From Macrostomum lignano (taxonomy: Eukaryota), in contig NIVC01003449.1 in NCBI GenBank assembly GCA_002269645.1, forward strand, positions 1 to 25,282: 25,282 bases of DNA, in the 5' to 3' direction. Both the position numbers and the translations under genes were made by a program. This document shows, one piece after another, positions 1 to 12,235 of this stretch. The notes beneath the pieces were generated by a model. It was not told where the DNA came from and did no database searches. It was given only the letters and a program-made list of their open reading frames with translations. Within the stretch, counting starts at the first letter, position 1. Each line of letters begins with the position of its first letter.

Positions 1-81
1 CTGTCTGTCTTTGTGTCTGTCTTTGTGTCTGTCTGTCTGTCTGTCTGTCTTTGTGTCTGTCTGTCTGTCTGTCTGTCTTTG

Positions 82-126
<45 letters not shown>

Positions 127-190
127 TTGTGTCTGTCTTTGTGTCTGTCTGTCTGTCTGTCTGTCTTTGTGTCTGTCTGTCTGTCTGTCT

Positions 191-235
<45 letters not shown>

Positions 236-341
236 GCCTGCATGTCTGTCCGTCTGTCTGTCTGTCTGTCTTAGTGTCTGTCTTAGTGTCTGTCTGTCTG
301 TCTGTCTGTCTGTCTGCCTGCCTGTCTGTCCGTCTGTCTGT
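1..341. repeat. (CTGT)n microsatellite with TTGTGTCTGTCT-type interruptions; runs off the window start
   Basis: Direct reading. The ORFs at 11-410 (CLSV repeats) are translations of it. Confidence 0.97.
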
Positions 342-862
342 CCACATGCACTGTCCGCCCCCTTATTAGCCGGTCAGCAGCACCCGCACCAGTCAGTGAA
401 TTCCATCTGACCACTTTCTGCTTTCACCGGACCCCCGGCCCGCCTTCCTCAGCCGGGTTTCGCGCCACCAGCCTTGGTAAGCAGGGAGCAGCCAGCCGCT
501 CGTCCAGCAATCGGGTCGGCTGGGCCCTCCATTCGGACTGAGGGCGCCGCTTGCCGCTTCTTTTTCGAACGCGAGAGTTGGCGGCAGGTGGTCCTGCAGG
601 ATGAGAATTGTGCGCCGGCGGGTTCGGCATTCGAGTTGGGTTATTTTATTTTCTCTTTTGAGTCGCTGCGGCGGATAGGAGAAAGTGGCTGCTGCCCCGG
701 CTGGGAAGTGTTTTATGACGAGGCGATATTCGACTCGCGCGATTTTCATAGCGGCATTGATCTGGGTTGGAAATGATTTCGTATTGTGCACTGGAAAATG
801 ACTCTATTAATGGCTGCGCGGCTGCTTTCTCCTGGTGTAGTTCAGACTGTCACTAGTGGCTA

Positions 863-1229
<367 letters not shown>

Positions 1230-2326
1230 CAGCTTGTTTCGAACGATTTCAAATTTGAGCCGCTAAAACGCCGGGACTCGAGCCGGCCTCGTGTGAGGAC
1301 GGCGTCCGCGGACCCTGCTCAGAAATGGAACCCCCCTAAGCCTTCTTAGACCGCCTGACTGTGCAGCTGAGGCTCCGCCTTCCCGTCTCCCTCCCAGAGG
1401 AGGAGACCGCCCGAATCGCAACCGGAGTCGCCGCCGCCTCAGTTTCGCCTCCCTCCTCTTAGCCGATCTTAGCGTCCCCACCCGAGTGAGAACTGGGAAC
1501 CCTACACCGCCAGGTTTATCCCATCGGCTCCTCTCGACCGTGCGCCCCGATTCGAAACTGCACGGGGCTCAGAATCCCCCGAGTCGCCTGCTTCTGTCCT
1601 GGGAATCTTTTCGACCTGAAAATCTGTTGCTTGCTTGAGAAAATTAGGAATGCCTTCTCAGAATCATAACCGGTAACCTCTCCCTGAGCGTTCCAAGTAA
1701 TCCGGCCTGCTCATTGTCTCTGGGTGCGGCAGTTGGATGCTACTGAGACTGTGACATTGGGACACTGGGTGGCTGATGAGCACTGCTTATTTGCCCGCTC
1801 GAGTCTTCAGAGGCGCGGGGGGGGGTTGTTTCGGTGAATTACTCCGCGTCTGAGAACTCTCGGAGCCGTGGGGGGTGGAGGGTCCGCGCCTTAATTAAGG
1901 GATCCCCGATTCCGCATAGCAGACATTATCCCCAGGGAAAGTTGTGGGGGGGTTGAGGAGGCCGGCTGCAGGTGCTAAAGTATTCATGCGGACAGCGTAA
2001 TAACAGGTGGCCACCCCCCCCCCTGACCCCCACAATGCAGCCCTCTGCCCGACCCGCAGCCCCTTGAGGCCTGATACTCCTAATTAGTCTTCGAGCGCGA
2101 GTGAGCTTTACGCCCCTCTCGCTCTGCTCAGCCCAGCTCTCTCGCTCTGTTATTCTCCATCATCAGCACCAGCGTCCGCTCCTGTGAAATCAGAGAAATG
2201 GAGAAAATTGAAAAAACACTCCCTATAATATTAACAATCATGCTCATTTGACTGAGGCCAATTCACCGAGGATGAATGAATTAAACAAAATCAATCAACT
2301 GAGCACTCCATCGCCGATTTTTATAT

Positions 2327-3137
2327 TTCCCAATCTTAATATTCCCAAGCTTCATATCCCCAATCTTCATATCCTCCAATGTTCATATCGCAATGTTCAT
2401 AACTCCAATCTTCATATCCCCAATCTTCATATCCCCAATCTTCATATCCCCAATCTTCATATCCTCAATCTTCATATCCCCAATCTTCATATCCCCAATC
2501 TCTATCTTCCCCAATCTTCATCTTCCCCAATCTTCATATCCCCAATCTTTATCTTCCCCAATCTTCATCTTCCCCAATCTCTATCTTCCCCAATCTTCAT
2601 CTTCCCCAATCTTCATCTTCCCCAATCTCCATCTTCCCCAATCTTCATCTTCCCAATCTTCATCTTCCCCAATCTTCATCTTCCCAATCTTCATCTTCCC
2701 AATCTTCATATCCCCAATCTTCATCTTCCCAATCTTCATATCCCCAATCTTCATCTTCCCAATCTCTATGTTCCCCAATCTTCATATCCCCAATCTTCAT
2801 ATCCCCAATCTTCATCTTCCCCAATCTTCATATCCCCAATCTCTATCTTCCCCAATCTTCATCTTCCCCAATCTTCATCTTCCCCAATCTCCATCTTCCC
2901 CAATCTTCATATCCCCAATCTCCATATCCCCAATCTTCATATCCCCAATCTTCATATCCCCAATCTTCATATCCCCAATCTCCATATCCCCAATCTCCAT
3001 ATCCCCAATCTTCATATCCCCAATCTCCATATCCCCAATCTCCATATCCCCAATCTCCATATCCCCAATCTTCATATCCCCAATCTTCATATCCTCAATG
3101 TGCATATCCCCAGTCTCCATCTTCCCCAATCTTCATA
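2327..3137. repeat. 15/16-bp pyrimidine-rich minisatellite (CTTCATATCCCCAAT / CTTCATCTTCCCCAAT)
   Basis: Direct reading; about 50 units with 14-16 bp length variants. Confidence 0.95.
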
Positions 3138-3964
3138 ATCCGCTCTGCTACCTATTCACCGTTCCCAGAATTGTCTTGTTCTATCTCTTATCTATCTTTC
3201 TATCTCTCTCTTTTCTATTGTCTGTATATTATCCGTAAGAAATTTATATTTTCATAAAAAAATGTCTCGTCAAGAGTTCAAGAACCCAATCTTTAATCAA
3301 TTGACTGTCTCTCTTTGTCCAGACGGGCGGCCCTGCTGCAGCCGCAAAGAAACTCCAATCGATTTTTGCAGAGTTCGTGCAGACGGCAGCTTGACAAGTC
3401 AGCTGTCGCGGGCCATAATTCATGCGGTTCCGGCACCACCCCCCCCCCTGCGCCCAACAAATATTTGATGAAAATTCGGGCGCACAATCGCATTCTTAGC
3501 AGAACAAATAAATTTGTTAGGATTGATTGCGCCAGGCTCAATTAATGAGGCTGTTTGTGACCACCCAGTCAGTATTACATACTTGTGCTGATACTGGAAC
3601 TTACCAAGTTCCTGCTAAACAGAGGCCAAGATTCCGGAATTGCGGAATTCGAGAGGTCAAAGTGGCGGCGGCAGCAGCAGCCCCCCCCCCCACCTACAGC
3701 TATTACAGTCTGTGGAATTTGAAAAGTAGCAGCTTACAATGCTGGGATCCGACTACCCCTGCTCTCATGTCAACTTGACAATGTCACGAATGAAGCTTGA
3801 CAAAGTGACCTGTTCTGGTGACAGGGCTCTGGAGCTGCCGTTCGACTCTGAGGTTTCACCCAGCTCTATCTAGGGAACTGGGGAGTAGAGTGATATAATC
3901 CAAAAATTATCGAAGAAAGCGAGCAATAAAATCCGAGTAGAGCTCATGATCATGAATGATCGAT

Positions 3965-4212
3965 GTCATTGTTCATGATCATGGTCATTGTTCATGATCA
4001 TGGTCATTGTTCATGATCATGGTCATTGTTCATGATCATGGTAATTGTTCATGATCATAGTAATTGTTCATGATCATAGTCATTGTTCATGATCATGGTC
4101 ATTATTAATGATCATAGTAATTGTTCATGATCATAGTCATTGTTCATCATCATGGTCATTGTTCATTATCATAGTCATTGTTCATGATCATGGTTATTGT
4201 TCATGATCATAA
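3965..4212. repeat. 19-bp minisatellite (GTCATTGTTCATGATCATG), about 13 units, with internal palindrome CATGATCATG
   Basis: Direct reading; 19-bp period visible from TGGTCA at 3982, 4001 and 4020. Confidence 0.93.
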
Positions 4213-4868
4213 TAGAACAAGACAAGTAGAGAGATACAACAAGTAGAGATAGAACAAGAGAAGTGAGAGATACAACAAGTAGAGATAGAACAAGAGAAGT
4301 GAGAGATAGAACAAGAGAAGTGAGAGATAGAACAAAAGAAGTGAGAGATAGATCAAGAGACGTGAGATAGAACAAGAGAAGTGAGAGATAGATCAAGAGA
4401 AGTGAGAGATAGAACAAGAGAAGTGAGAGATAGAACAAGAGAAGTGAGAGATAGATCAAGAGAAGTGAGAGATAGATCAAGAGAAGTGAGAGATAGATCA
4501 AGAGAAGTGAGAGATAGATCAAGAGACGTGAGATAGAACCAGAGAAGTGAGAGATAGATCAAGAGAAGTGAGAGATAGAACAAGAGAAGTGAGAGATAGA
4601 TCAAGAGAAGTGAGAGATAGATCAAGAGACGTGAGAGATAGATCAAGAGACGTGAGATAGATCAAGAGACGTGAGATAGAACCAGAGAAGTGAGAGATAG
4701 AACAAGAGAAGTGAGAGATAGATCAAGAGAAGTGAGAGATAGATCAAGAGACGTGAGAGATAGATCAAGAGAAGTGAGAGATAGATCAAGAGACGTGAGA
4801 GATAGATCAAGAGAAGTGAGAGATAGATCAAGAGACGTGAGAGATACAACGAGAGAAGTGACAAGAGA
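4213..4868. repeat. 19/21-bp purine-rich minisatellite (GAGATAGATCAAGAGAAGTGA / GAGATAGATCAAGAGACGT), directly abutting the 19-bp array
   Basis: Direct reading. Confidence 0.93.
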
Positions 4869-5584
4869 TCTCTGCTCTCTACTCGCACCTGTCTCCTACA
4901 GATGTGGCGTCAATCGCTGAAGCAGAGCAAGTGAGCGCCGCCCGCTATCAAGATTAAAGCAGGCTAAAGCGCCAGGATTCGCATTTGCCAATTAGCAAGA
5001 AGTTTTGCCGAACACAGCAAAAGCATTGACCTCTCTTCTAGCTCTCTCCGGTGTCATTCAACCAGCCGCGATCTAGCCACTGATATCGGGTCCCGATCCC
5101 ATGGGAATACTTGAAATTCCCTATGCAACTATGCGTGGCCCGCGCCCAAGATGGACAAGTCTTGAATGACAGCGCAACAGCGCGGACGAGGAAGCAGGTG
5201 CCAGAAAAATCGCGAGAAATTTTTCAACAACACGCGCAGGTCCGACCTCGGCATGCGGTTTACCTGTCAATCAGTTTTTGGGAGAAGTGAAACTCTGGCC
5301 CTGTGTCTAACCCCCTCCCCCCATCTGGTCTACTCAACATCAAGGTTGTCAAGCCACTCAATCCATTCAACCCCGTATCCTTCACCTTCGCTCTCGAGCT
5401 GTAAGCAGCTGTCAGTACGGCATCTGGGATAGAAGTCACCTGCAGTACCTGTTTTGCTCTGGGTTTGTGACTTGGAGGTTCCGTATTACCTGCCTGATTC
5501 AATCATTGCAGTTCTGAGAGACTAACTCAACTATTGAAGTCTCTCTGTCAGAGTTCTTCATTACTGCTGTCTATTGTAGATCGG

Positions 5585-6803
5585 GCCATTTCCCTGTGTC
5601 AAATATTGCCATTTCCCTCTGTCAGGCTGTGCCATTTCCCTCTGTCAAATATTGCCATTTCCCTCTGTCAGGCTGTGCCATTTCCTCTGTCAAATACTGC
5701 CATTTTCCTCTGTCAGGCTGTGCCATTTCCCTCTGTCAGGCTGTGCCATTTCCCTCTGTCAGGCTGTGCCATTTCCTCTGTCAGGCTGTGCCATTTCCTC
5801 TGTCAGGCTGTGCCATTTCCCTGTGTCAAATATTGCCATTTCCCTCTGTCAGGCTGTGCCATTTCCCTGTGTCAAATATTGCCATTTCCCTCTGTCAGGC
5901 TGTGCCATTTCCCTGTGTCAAATATTGCCATTTCCCTCTGTCAGGCTGTGCCATTTCCCTGTGTCAAATATTGCCATTTCCCTCTGTCAGGCTGTGCCAT
6001 TTCCCTGTGTCAAATATTGCCATTTCCCTCTGTCAGGCTGTGCCATTTCCCTGTGTCAAATATTGCCATTTCCCTCTGTCAGGCTGTGCCATTTCCCTGT
6101 GTCAAATATTGCCATTTCCCTCTGTCAGGCTGTGCCATTTCCCTGTGTCAAATATTGCCATTTCCCTCTGTCAGGCTGTGCCATTTCCTCTGTCAAATAC
6201 TGCCATTTTCCTCTGTCAGGCTGTGCCATTTCCCTCTGTCAGGCTGTGCCATTTCCCTCTGTCAGGCTGTGCCATTTCCTCTGTCAGGCTGTGCCATTTC
6301 CTCTGTCAGGCTGTGCCATTTCCCTCTGTCAGGCTGTGCCATTTCCTCTGTCAGGCTGTGCCATTTCCCTCTGTTAGGCTGTGCCATTTCCTCTGTTAGG
6401 CTGTGCCATTTCCTTCTGTCAGGCTGTGCCATTTCCCTCTGTCAGGCTGTGCCATTTCCTCTGTCAGGCTGTGCCATTTCCCTGTGTCAAATATTGCCAT
6501 TTCCCTCTGTCAGGCTGTGCCATTTCCCTTTGTCAGGCTGTGCCATTTCCCTCTGTCAGGCTGTGCCATTTCCCTCTGTCAGGCTGTGCCATTTCCTGTC
6601 AGGCTGTTCCATTTCCCTCTGTCAGGCTGTGCCATTTCCTCTGTCAGGCTGTGCCATTTCCTCTGTCAGGCTGTGCCATTTCCTCTGTCAGGCTGTGCCA
6701 TTTCCCTCTGTCAGGCTGTGCCATTTCCTCTGTCAGGCTGTGCCATTTCCCTCTGTTAGGCTGTGCCATTTCCTCTGTTTGGCTGTGCCATTTACCCTGT
6801 CAG
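5585..6803. repeat. 22/23-bp minisatellite (CTGTGCCATTTCCCTCTGTCAGG) with an internal 46-bp dimeric higher-order block
   Basis: Direct reading; the 46-bp unit starts at 5821, 5867, 5913, 5959, 6005, 6051, 6097 and 6143. Confidence 0.95.
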
Positions 6804-7482
6804 GCCTCCTTACGAGTACAAGAGCATGTCGGCTTTCACACTTTCTCTCAGACCAGCTACCATAGCAGGTACTCAAGTGTGCCAATTGTGCACCAACATG
6901 CTGATAAATGCATTGAGAAACAGGAGCCAGAGCGGAACCGACTCAATAGGGGGAATTTTTCGGCACAAAAGAAGCCGCCGCAACGAAAATGATAAAAGCA
7001 GAGAGGGATTCGGGAAGAGAGCAAAATAGGATGGGAAAACTGGGGAGGGGGGATTCAAGAGTGTTGCTGCCTATCTGGAAGGCAAGCGACCTTCCTGTTC
7101 GCAAGTGGCTGCACTGGGGAAGTGAGAGGCTACAGAGAGGCAGTTGTGTGTGGGTTGAGTTTGTGACACTGCAGCGGGGCCGGTCACGGTCAGTGGGTGT
7201 CCGTGGCTTCCCTGCGGGGTGGGAGGTTGAGGCGAGGTTCAACAGCCTCTCGATGCGTGGTAACTCATTATTTGGGTCGGCCATTAGCTGGAGTGTGACG
7301 GGGGGCTGCCACCAGCCACTGCTCCCAGTGCAGTCCTGCTTGATTGACTTTTCCAGCATCAGCGCGACGAGATGAAGGAGCTGCTGGGGCTGGGCAGGAG
7401 GGCGATGCAGCTCTGAAGAGGCTGGGGTCCCGGTCAGGTGGGCGTGCGAATAACCAGCGATTCTTAAAGTTGCCCCCTCTGA

Positions 7483-8134
<652 letters not shown>

Positions 8135-8177
8135 CTTTACATTCCAAGCAAGAATCAATGTCAGAAAAACAGTTCTA

Positions 8178-8183
8178 TTTAAT
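8178..8183 (-). terminator. Candidate ATTAAA polyadenylation signal of the bcl11 transcript (a second ATTAAA lies at 8715-8720)
   Basis: TTTAAT on + is ATTAAA on -. It is followed on the minus strand by U/GU-rich sequence just before the GATA array. I saw no canonical minus-strand AATAAA in 8140-8850. Confidence 0.3.
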
Positions 8184-8850
8184 AGTTAACGATAATTTCA
8201 AGTAGGAACTACGAGTAGCTACCAATTTCCAACAAGAAAAAGCTTTTACTTATATTTTGTTGCAGCAGATTAGAACAGCATCGCAGAATTGGGATAGATA
8301 ACTAACAAACGCCCTTGGCTTGGCCCCATCAAACTGAGAAAATGAGAATCTCTCCTGGACCAGGTGGGGGCCGGAGGCTGAGTGTACCTGTGTGCACAAT
8401 GCATGTCGCAGAAATTTCATCAAGCAACAGGGAACACGGCAGCAGGACAACACAAACAGGTCGCGGTAGAAACAGAATGAAAAGCGAATTCCGGTGCCCC
8501 CCCGTTCGATAATCAGTTTATCACAAAGCAGTTTTATCAATTTGTTGAGATAATTAAACACACGAATAAATCGATCGAATAAACAGAAATATATAGAAAC
8601 AGACTAGCGACAGTGGAGCATTTTAGTCAAATATGCAGCGCATTGAACCCCTGCCCAGTGCAAGCCGAAGCATCCGAGTATGGTAACGCAAAGAAGAAAC
8701 TTTACAGATTGAAATTTAATAAAAAGAAGATTCGAGCTTTCGGGAATTGGGGGGGGGGGAGAGCAGAAAGGCGGGACAATTCAGTTCAGTGAGTAATACT
8801 TCGACTGTTGTCAGTTGTGAATTGGGTTTAGGAGGCCGAACCCCGCGCAG

Positions 8851-11321
8851 TCAGGTGTCAATCTCCTCCGGTTTCGGGCTGTCCACTGCCGGCTCGTCGG
8901 TGGGAGATCGCGAGCCGTCGCCCTCGGAGGCGGCGCCGACCGCGGCGGCTGGAGGTGCCGACAGCTTCGGGTAGTTGTTGTTCTGCAGGCCGAATCCGCG
9001 GTGCACCAGGTGGTGGTGGTGGTGGTGGTGGTGGCGGTGGTGCGGCGAGTTCAGCGGCAGACCGGGTCGCATGGCTGCGGCGGCAGCTGCGGCGGCAGCT
9101 ACGGCTGCGGACTGCAGATGCGACTGCAGATGCCGGTCCTTCATGCATTTGCGCATGTGCTTCTCCAGGGTGCTGGGCACCGTGTAGGGCGTGTTGCAGT
9201 ACTTGCACACGTAGGAGGCCTTGCCATCGCGGCCGTGGGTTTTCATGTGCCTCGTCAGCTTGCTGCTCTGGGCGCAGGCGTAGTTGCACAGCCGGCATTT
9301 GTACGGCTTTTCTCCCGTGTGGCTGCGTCGGTGGACAGTCAGGTTGGAGCAGTTCTTGAATATCTTGCCGCAGTATTCGCAGGTGTCGCTGCGTCGGTCT
9401 CGGGCGGCCGCGGCCATGGCGGCAGCAGCCGCTGCCGCAGCGGCTGACGATGGAGTGCCGTCCTCGCTGAGGTCGCTTCCTGCTGGAGAAACCGGCTGCG
9501 GCGGAGGCGGCGGCGGCGGCGGCGTCCTGGACCGGTGGCGCCGATGATGCACCTGTGACTGTCGGTGCATCGGTGAAGTTGGCGAACGCATCAGCGCCGA
9601 GGTGCTGACGCCGTTACAGCGGGCGCCGCCTCCAGCGGAAGCCGACGACAAATTGCCGCTGCTGTTGGCGGCGCCGCCGACTTTCGCTTCTCGGGGCGGC
9701 GGCGGCGGCGGTGGCTGCGGAGGCAGCTGCGAATGGCGATGATGCGGCCGCTGCGGCGAGTGCAGAGCGTCGGAGAGCTGCGGCCGCGGCGGGCTGGTGT
9801 ACCCCCTGCCTGCCGAGGCGGCCGACGCAGTCAGCGGGGAGGCTGCCGTCGAAGACTTCGGCAGGAAGCTGGCAAAAGCGGACAGCGCCGCAGCCGACGC
9901 TGGCGGGGGCTGCTTGCCGAAGGCGGCCGCCGCTGCTGCCGCCGCAGCTGCCGCCATCGCCGCCGAAGTTGGACGCGGCGTTGAAGTCCTTGAGCTGGCC
10001 GCGTAGAAGTCGCTGAGCATGTGCGGCAGGTTCCACAGCGGGTGGTGCAACTGCTGACGTTGAGAGGCGGACGCTGGCGGTTGCAGTGGCGGCTGCTGCT
10101 GCACAGGAGGCTGCGGCAGCGACAGCAGAGAGTGCGGATGCTGCTGGGGGTGCGGCAGACTCCCCGCAGGCTCGGAGTCGAGACGAGGCCGTTTGGACAG
10201 TGGGTGCCAATCGAATGGGGTCGGGTTGTACGGCGTGATGAAGGGTCTGTAGAGGTAGGACTCCAGCGCCGAGCGGGGAAACGCACTGCCGCTGCCGCTA
10301 CCGCCGCCGCCGCCGCTAGGAGGGAAGGCGCCAGCGGCCATCGCGGCAGCGGCCGCCGCAGCCGCAGCGCCCGGGTGCCGGAAGGGGCTGCCAACGCCGA
10401 AAGCGGCCGCGGCGGCGGCGGCGAGCGAGGCGGCGGCTGCCACAGAAGATGTCGCCTCTCCGTTGCTGACGGAAGTCGACGAAGTCGGCACCGACGGAGC
10501 CGCCGATACGGTTGGCGAAATCTGCGGCGGCAGCGTCGGCGGAGGCGGCCGCGGTGGCGCTGGCGGAGGCGGCGGGCGAGGGAGCGGAGGAGCTGGTCGG
10601 TCCGACTGTCGTTTCTGATGAGGCGGCGGCGGAGGCGGTGGCAACGACGGAGGCGGCGGAGGCAGCGATGAAGGAGGCGGCGCCGGCTGCTGCTGCTGCT
10701 GCTTCTGTGACGGCAGCGGCGGAGAAGCTTCAGGCGAGGACGACGTCGCCCTGTCTTTGTTGCTCTTCGGCGAATGACTGGACGACGCCGGCTCCTCCAG
10801 TTCGAGCGCCGGCGCGCTGGACGGCCGACTCGTCGGAGCCGCTGCCGCCGGCCCAGCCGCCGGTTTAGCCGGTTCGAGCTTGGGACTTCGGCACCGGCTT
10901 TCGGTCTTCACCGTCTCGGCCGCGGCAGCGGCGGCAGCGGCGGCGGCAACGCCGTGAGCTCTCAGCAGCCGCTGTGCCCACAGGAATGAGTTGGTGTCGT
11001 ATGGATCTCCAACGGCGAGCCGCTCCCGGCGTCGCTGCCGCCTCTGCAATGACGCCTCGTCCGCCTCCGTTGCCTCCTTCGAGCCTTCCGCCTCGACGTC
11101 TTGCTCTACACCGTCTTCTTCTTGCTGATCCTCTTCTTCAAGATCCTCGTCTTCATCTTCGTCTATCTCGTCTGGTTCGTCCTCGTCATCTTCTGGCTCG
11201 TCGGCGTCATCGGCGGTGGCCAGGAAGATCTCCATGGCGTGCTGGTATTGTGCGTGCTGCATCAGCCGCCAGGCGGAGTAAAACGTGGCCTTGCAGGACT
11301 GGCAGACGAACAGGCCGGGCT
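8851..11321 (-). CDS. bcl11: bcl11 last coding exon: ZF1, acidic tract, Ala/Pro/Gln low-complexity region, C-terminal zinc-finger triplet, poly-His
   Basis: [24 protein letters not shown] resembles BCL11A ZF1 ([24 protein letters not shown]). [55 protein letters not shown] is almost identical to BCL11A ZF4-5. Acceptor ...ccccaacccag|AG CCC (AG at 11323-11322), with a branch-point-like CTAAT about 35 nt upstream. TGA at 8853-8851. Confidence 0.95.
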
Positions 11322-11397
11322 CTGGGTTGGGGTTTTGGGTTGTGAGGGTTGCGATTAGCTGGGTAGCTCGATTGTCAAATGTCTCACTTTTGCTGTG

Positions 11398-11970
11398 ATC
11401 TAATGGCGCTTTTCCTTTCATCTGATGGCGCTTCTCCTGACATCTAATGACGCTTTTCCTGGAATCTAATGACGCTTTTCCTTTCATCTGATGGCGCTTT
11501 TTCTGACATCGAATGGCGCTTTTCCTGGCGTCTAATGGCGCTTCTCCTGACATCTAATGACGCTTTTCCTGGAATCTAATGACGCTTTTCCTGGAATCTA
11601 ATGACGCTTTTCCTGGAATCTAATGTCGCTTTTCCTTTCATCTGATGGCGCTTTTCCTGACATCGAATGGCGCTTTTCCTGACGTCTAATGGCGCTTCTC
11701 CTGACATCTAATGACGCTTTTCCTGGAATCTAATGGCGCTTCTCCTGACAGCTAATGACGCGTTTCCTGGAATCTAATGTCGCTTTTCCTGGAATCTAAT
11801 GTCGCTTTTCCTTTCATCTGATGGCGCTTTTCCTGACATCGAATGGCGCTTTTCCTGACGTCTAATGGCGCTTCTCCTGACATCTAATGACGCTTTTCCT
11901 GGAATCTAATGGCGCTTTTCTTTTCATCTAATGGCACTTTTCCTGACATCTAATGGCGCTTTTCCTGGCA
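11398..11970. repeat. 22-bp minisatellite (TAATGGCGCTTTTCCTGGAATC and variants), about 26 units, filling about 75% of bcl11 intron 2 (11322-12076)
   Basis: Direct reading. The variant CTTTCATC recurs at 11415, 11481, 11635 and 11811 (spacings 66, 154, 176, all multiples of 22). Confidence 0.94.
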
Positions 11971-12076
11971 TTCCTCTGACATATTTTTCCTGACAACTGA
12001 CATCTAAATTGAAACTTGATTTTCCACAAAAAAGCATTTAAACAAAAATAATTGCTTGAGCAGTTGAGCAGCTCAC

Positions 12077-12235
12077 CTGAGTAGTGCGTATTCGTGCCGA
12101 CGTCCTTCAGAGCAGTGCGCCGCCGATTCTCGCCAACTTCAGCGCTGATGCTGCCGGCGCAGACCCGGGCTCCGTCGGGCCCGTCCTCGCCACTCGCTGC
12201 GGTCATTCTCGGCTCAATCTCAAATTTGGTCGCTT
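12077..12235 (-). CDS. bcl11: bcl11 internal coding exon (159 nt, phase 1-1): (E)ATKFEIEPRMTAASGEDGPDGARVCAGSISAEVGENRRRTALKDVGTNTHYS
   Basis: Acceptor tatttctgtcttgcag|AA and donor TCAG|gtgagc. The splice to 11321 restores S-E-P-G-L-F-V-C, placing a DVGTNT segment directly before ZF1. Confidence 0.88.

Noticed and set aside
1770-1805. CTGATGAGC...GCTCGAG hammerhead-like string
   Set aside because: No GAAA box or stem III.
1889-1906. Adjacent palindromes CCTTAATTAAGG and GGGATCCC resembling a polylinker
   Set aside because: No other vector sequence nearby; plausible by chance or as a homeodomain site.
6943-7375. Overlapping 128-138 aa ORFs on both strands
   Set aside because: No recognisable domain, non-ATG starts and no supported exon boundaries; a database search would be needed to exclude a transposon fragment.
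8747-11358. Numerous antisense and alternate-frame ORFs over the large exon
   Set aside because: Shadow ORFs caused by GC-rich, stop-poor coding sequence.
11322-11553. First 77 aa of the 900-aa ORF ([16 protein letters not shown]...)
   Set aside because: This is intron 2 minisatellite sequence read in frame; the true exon starts at the 11321 acceptor.
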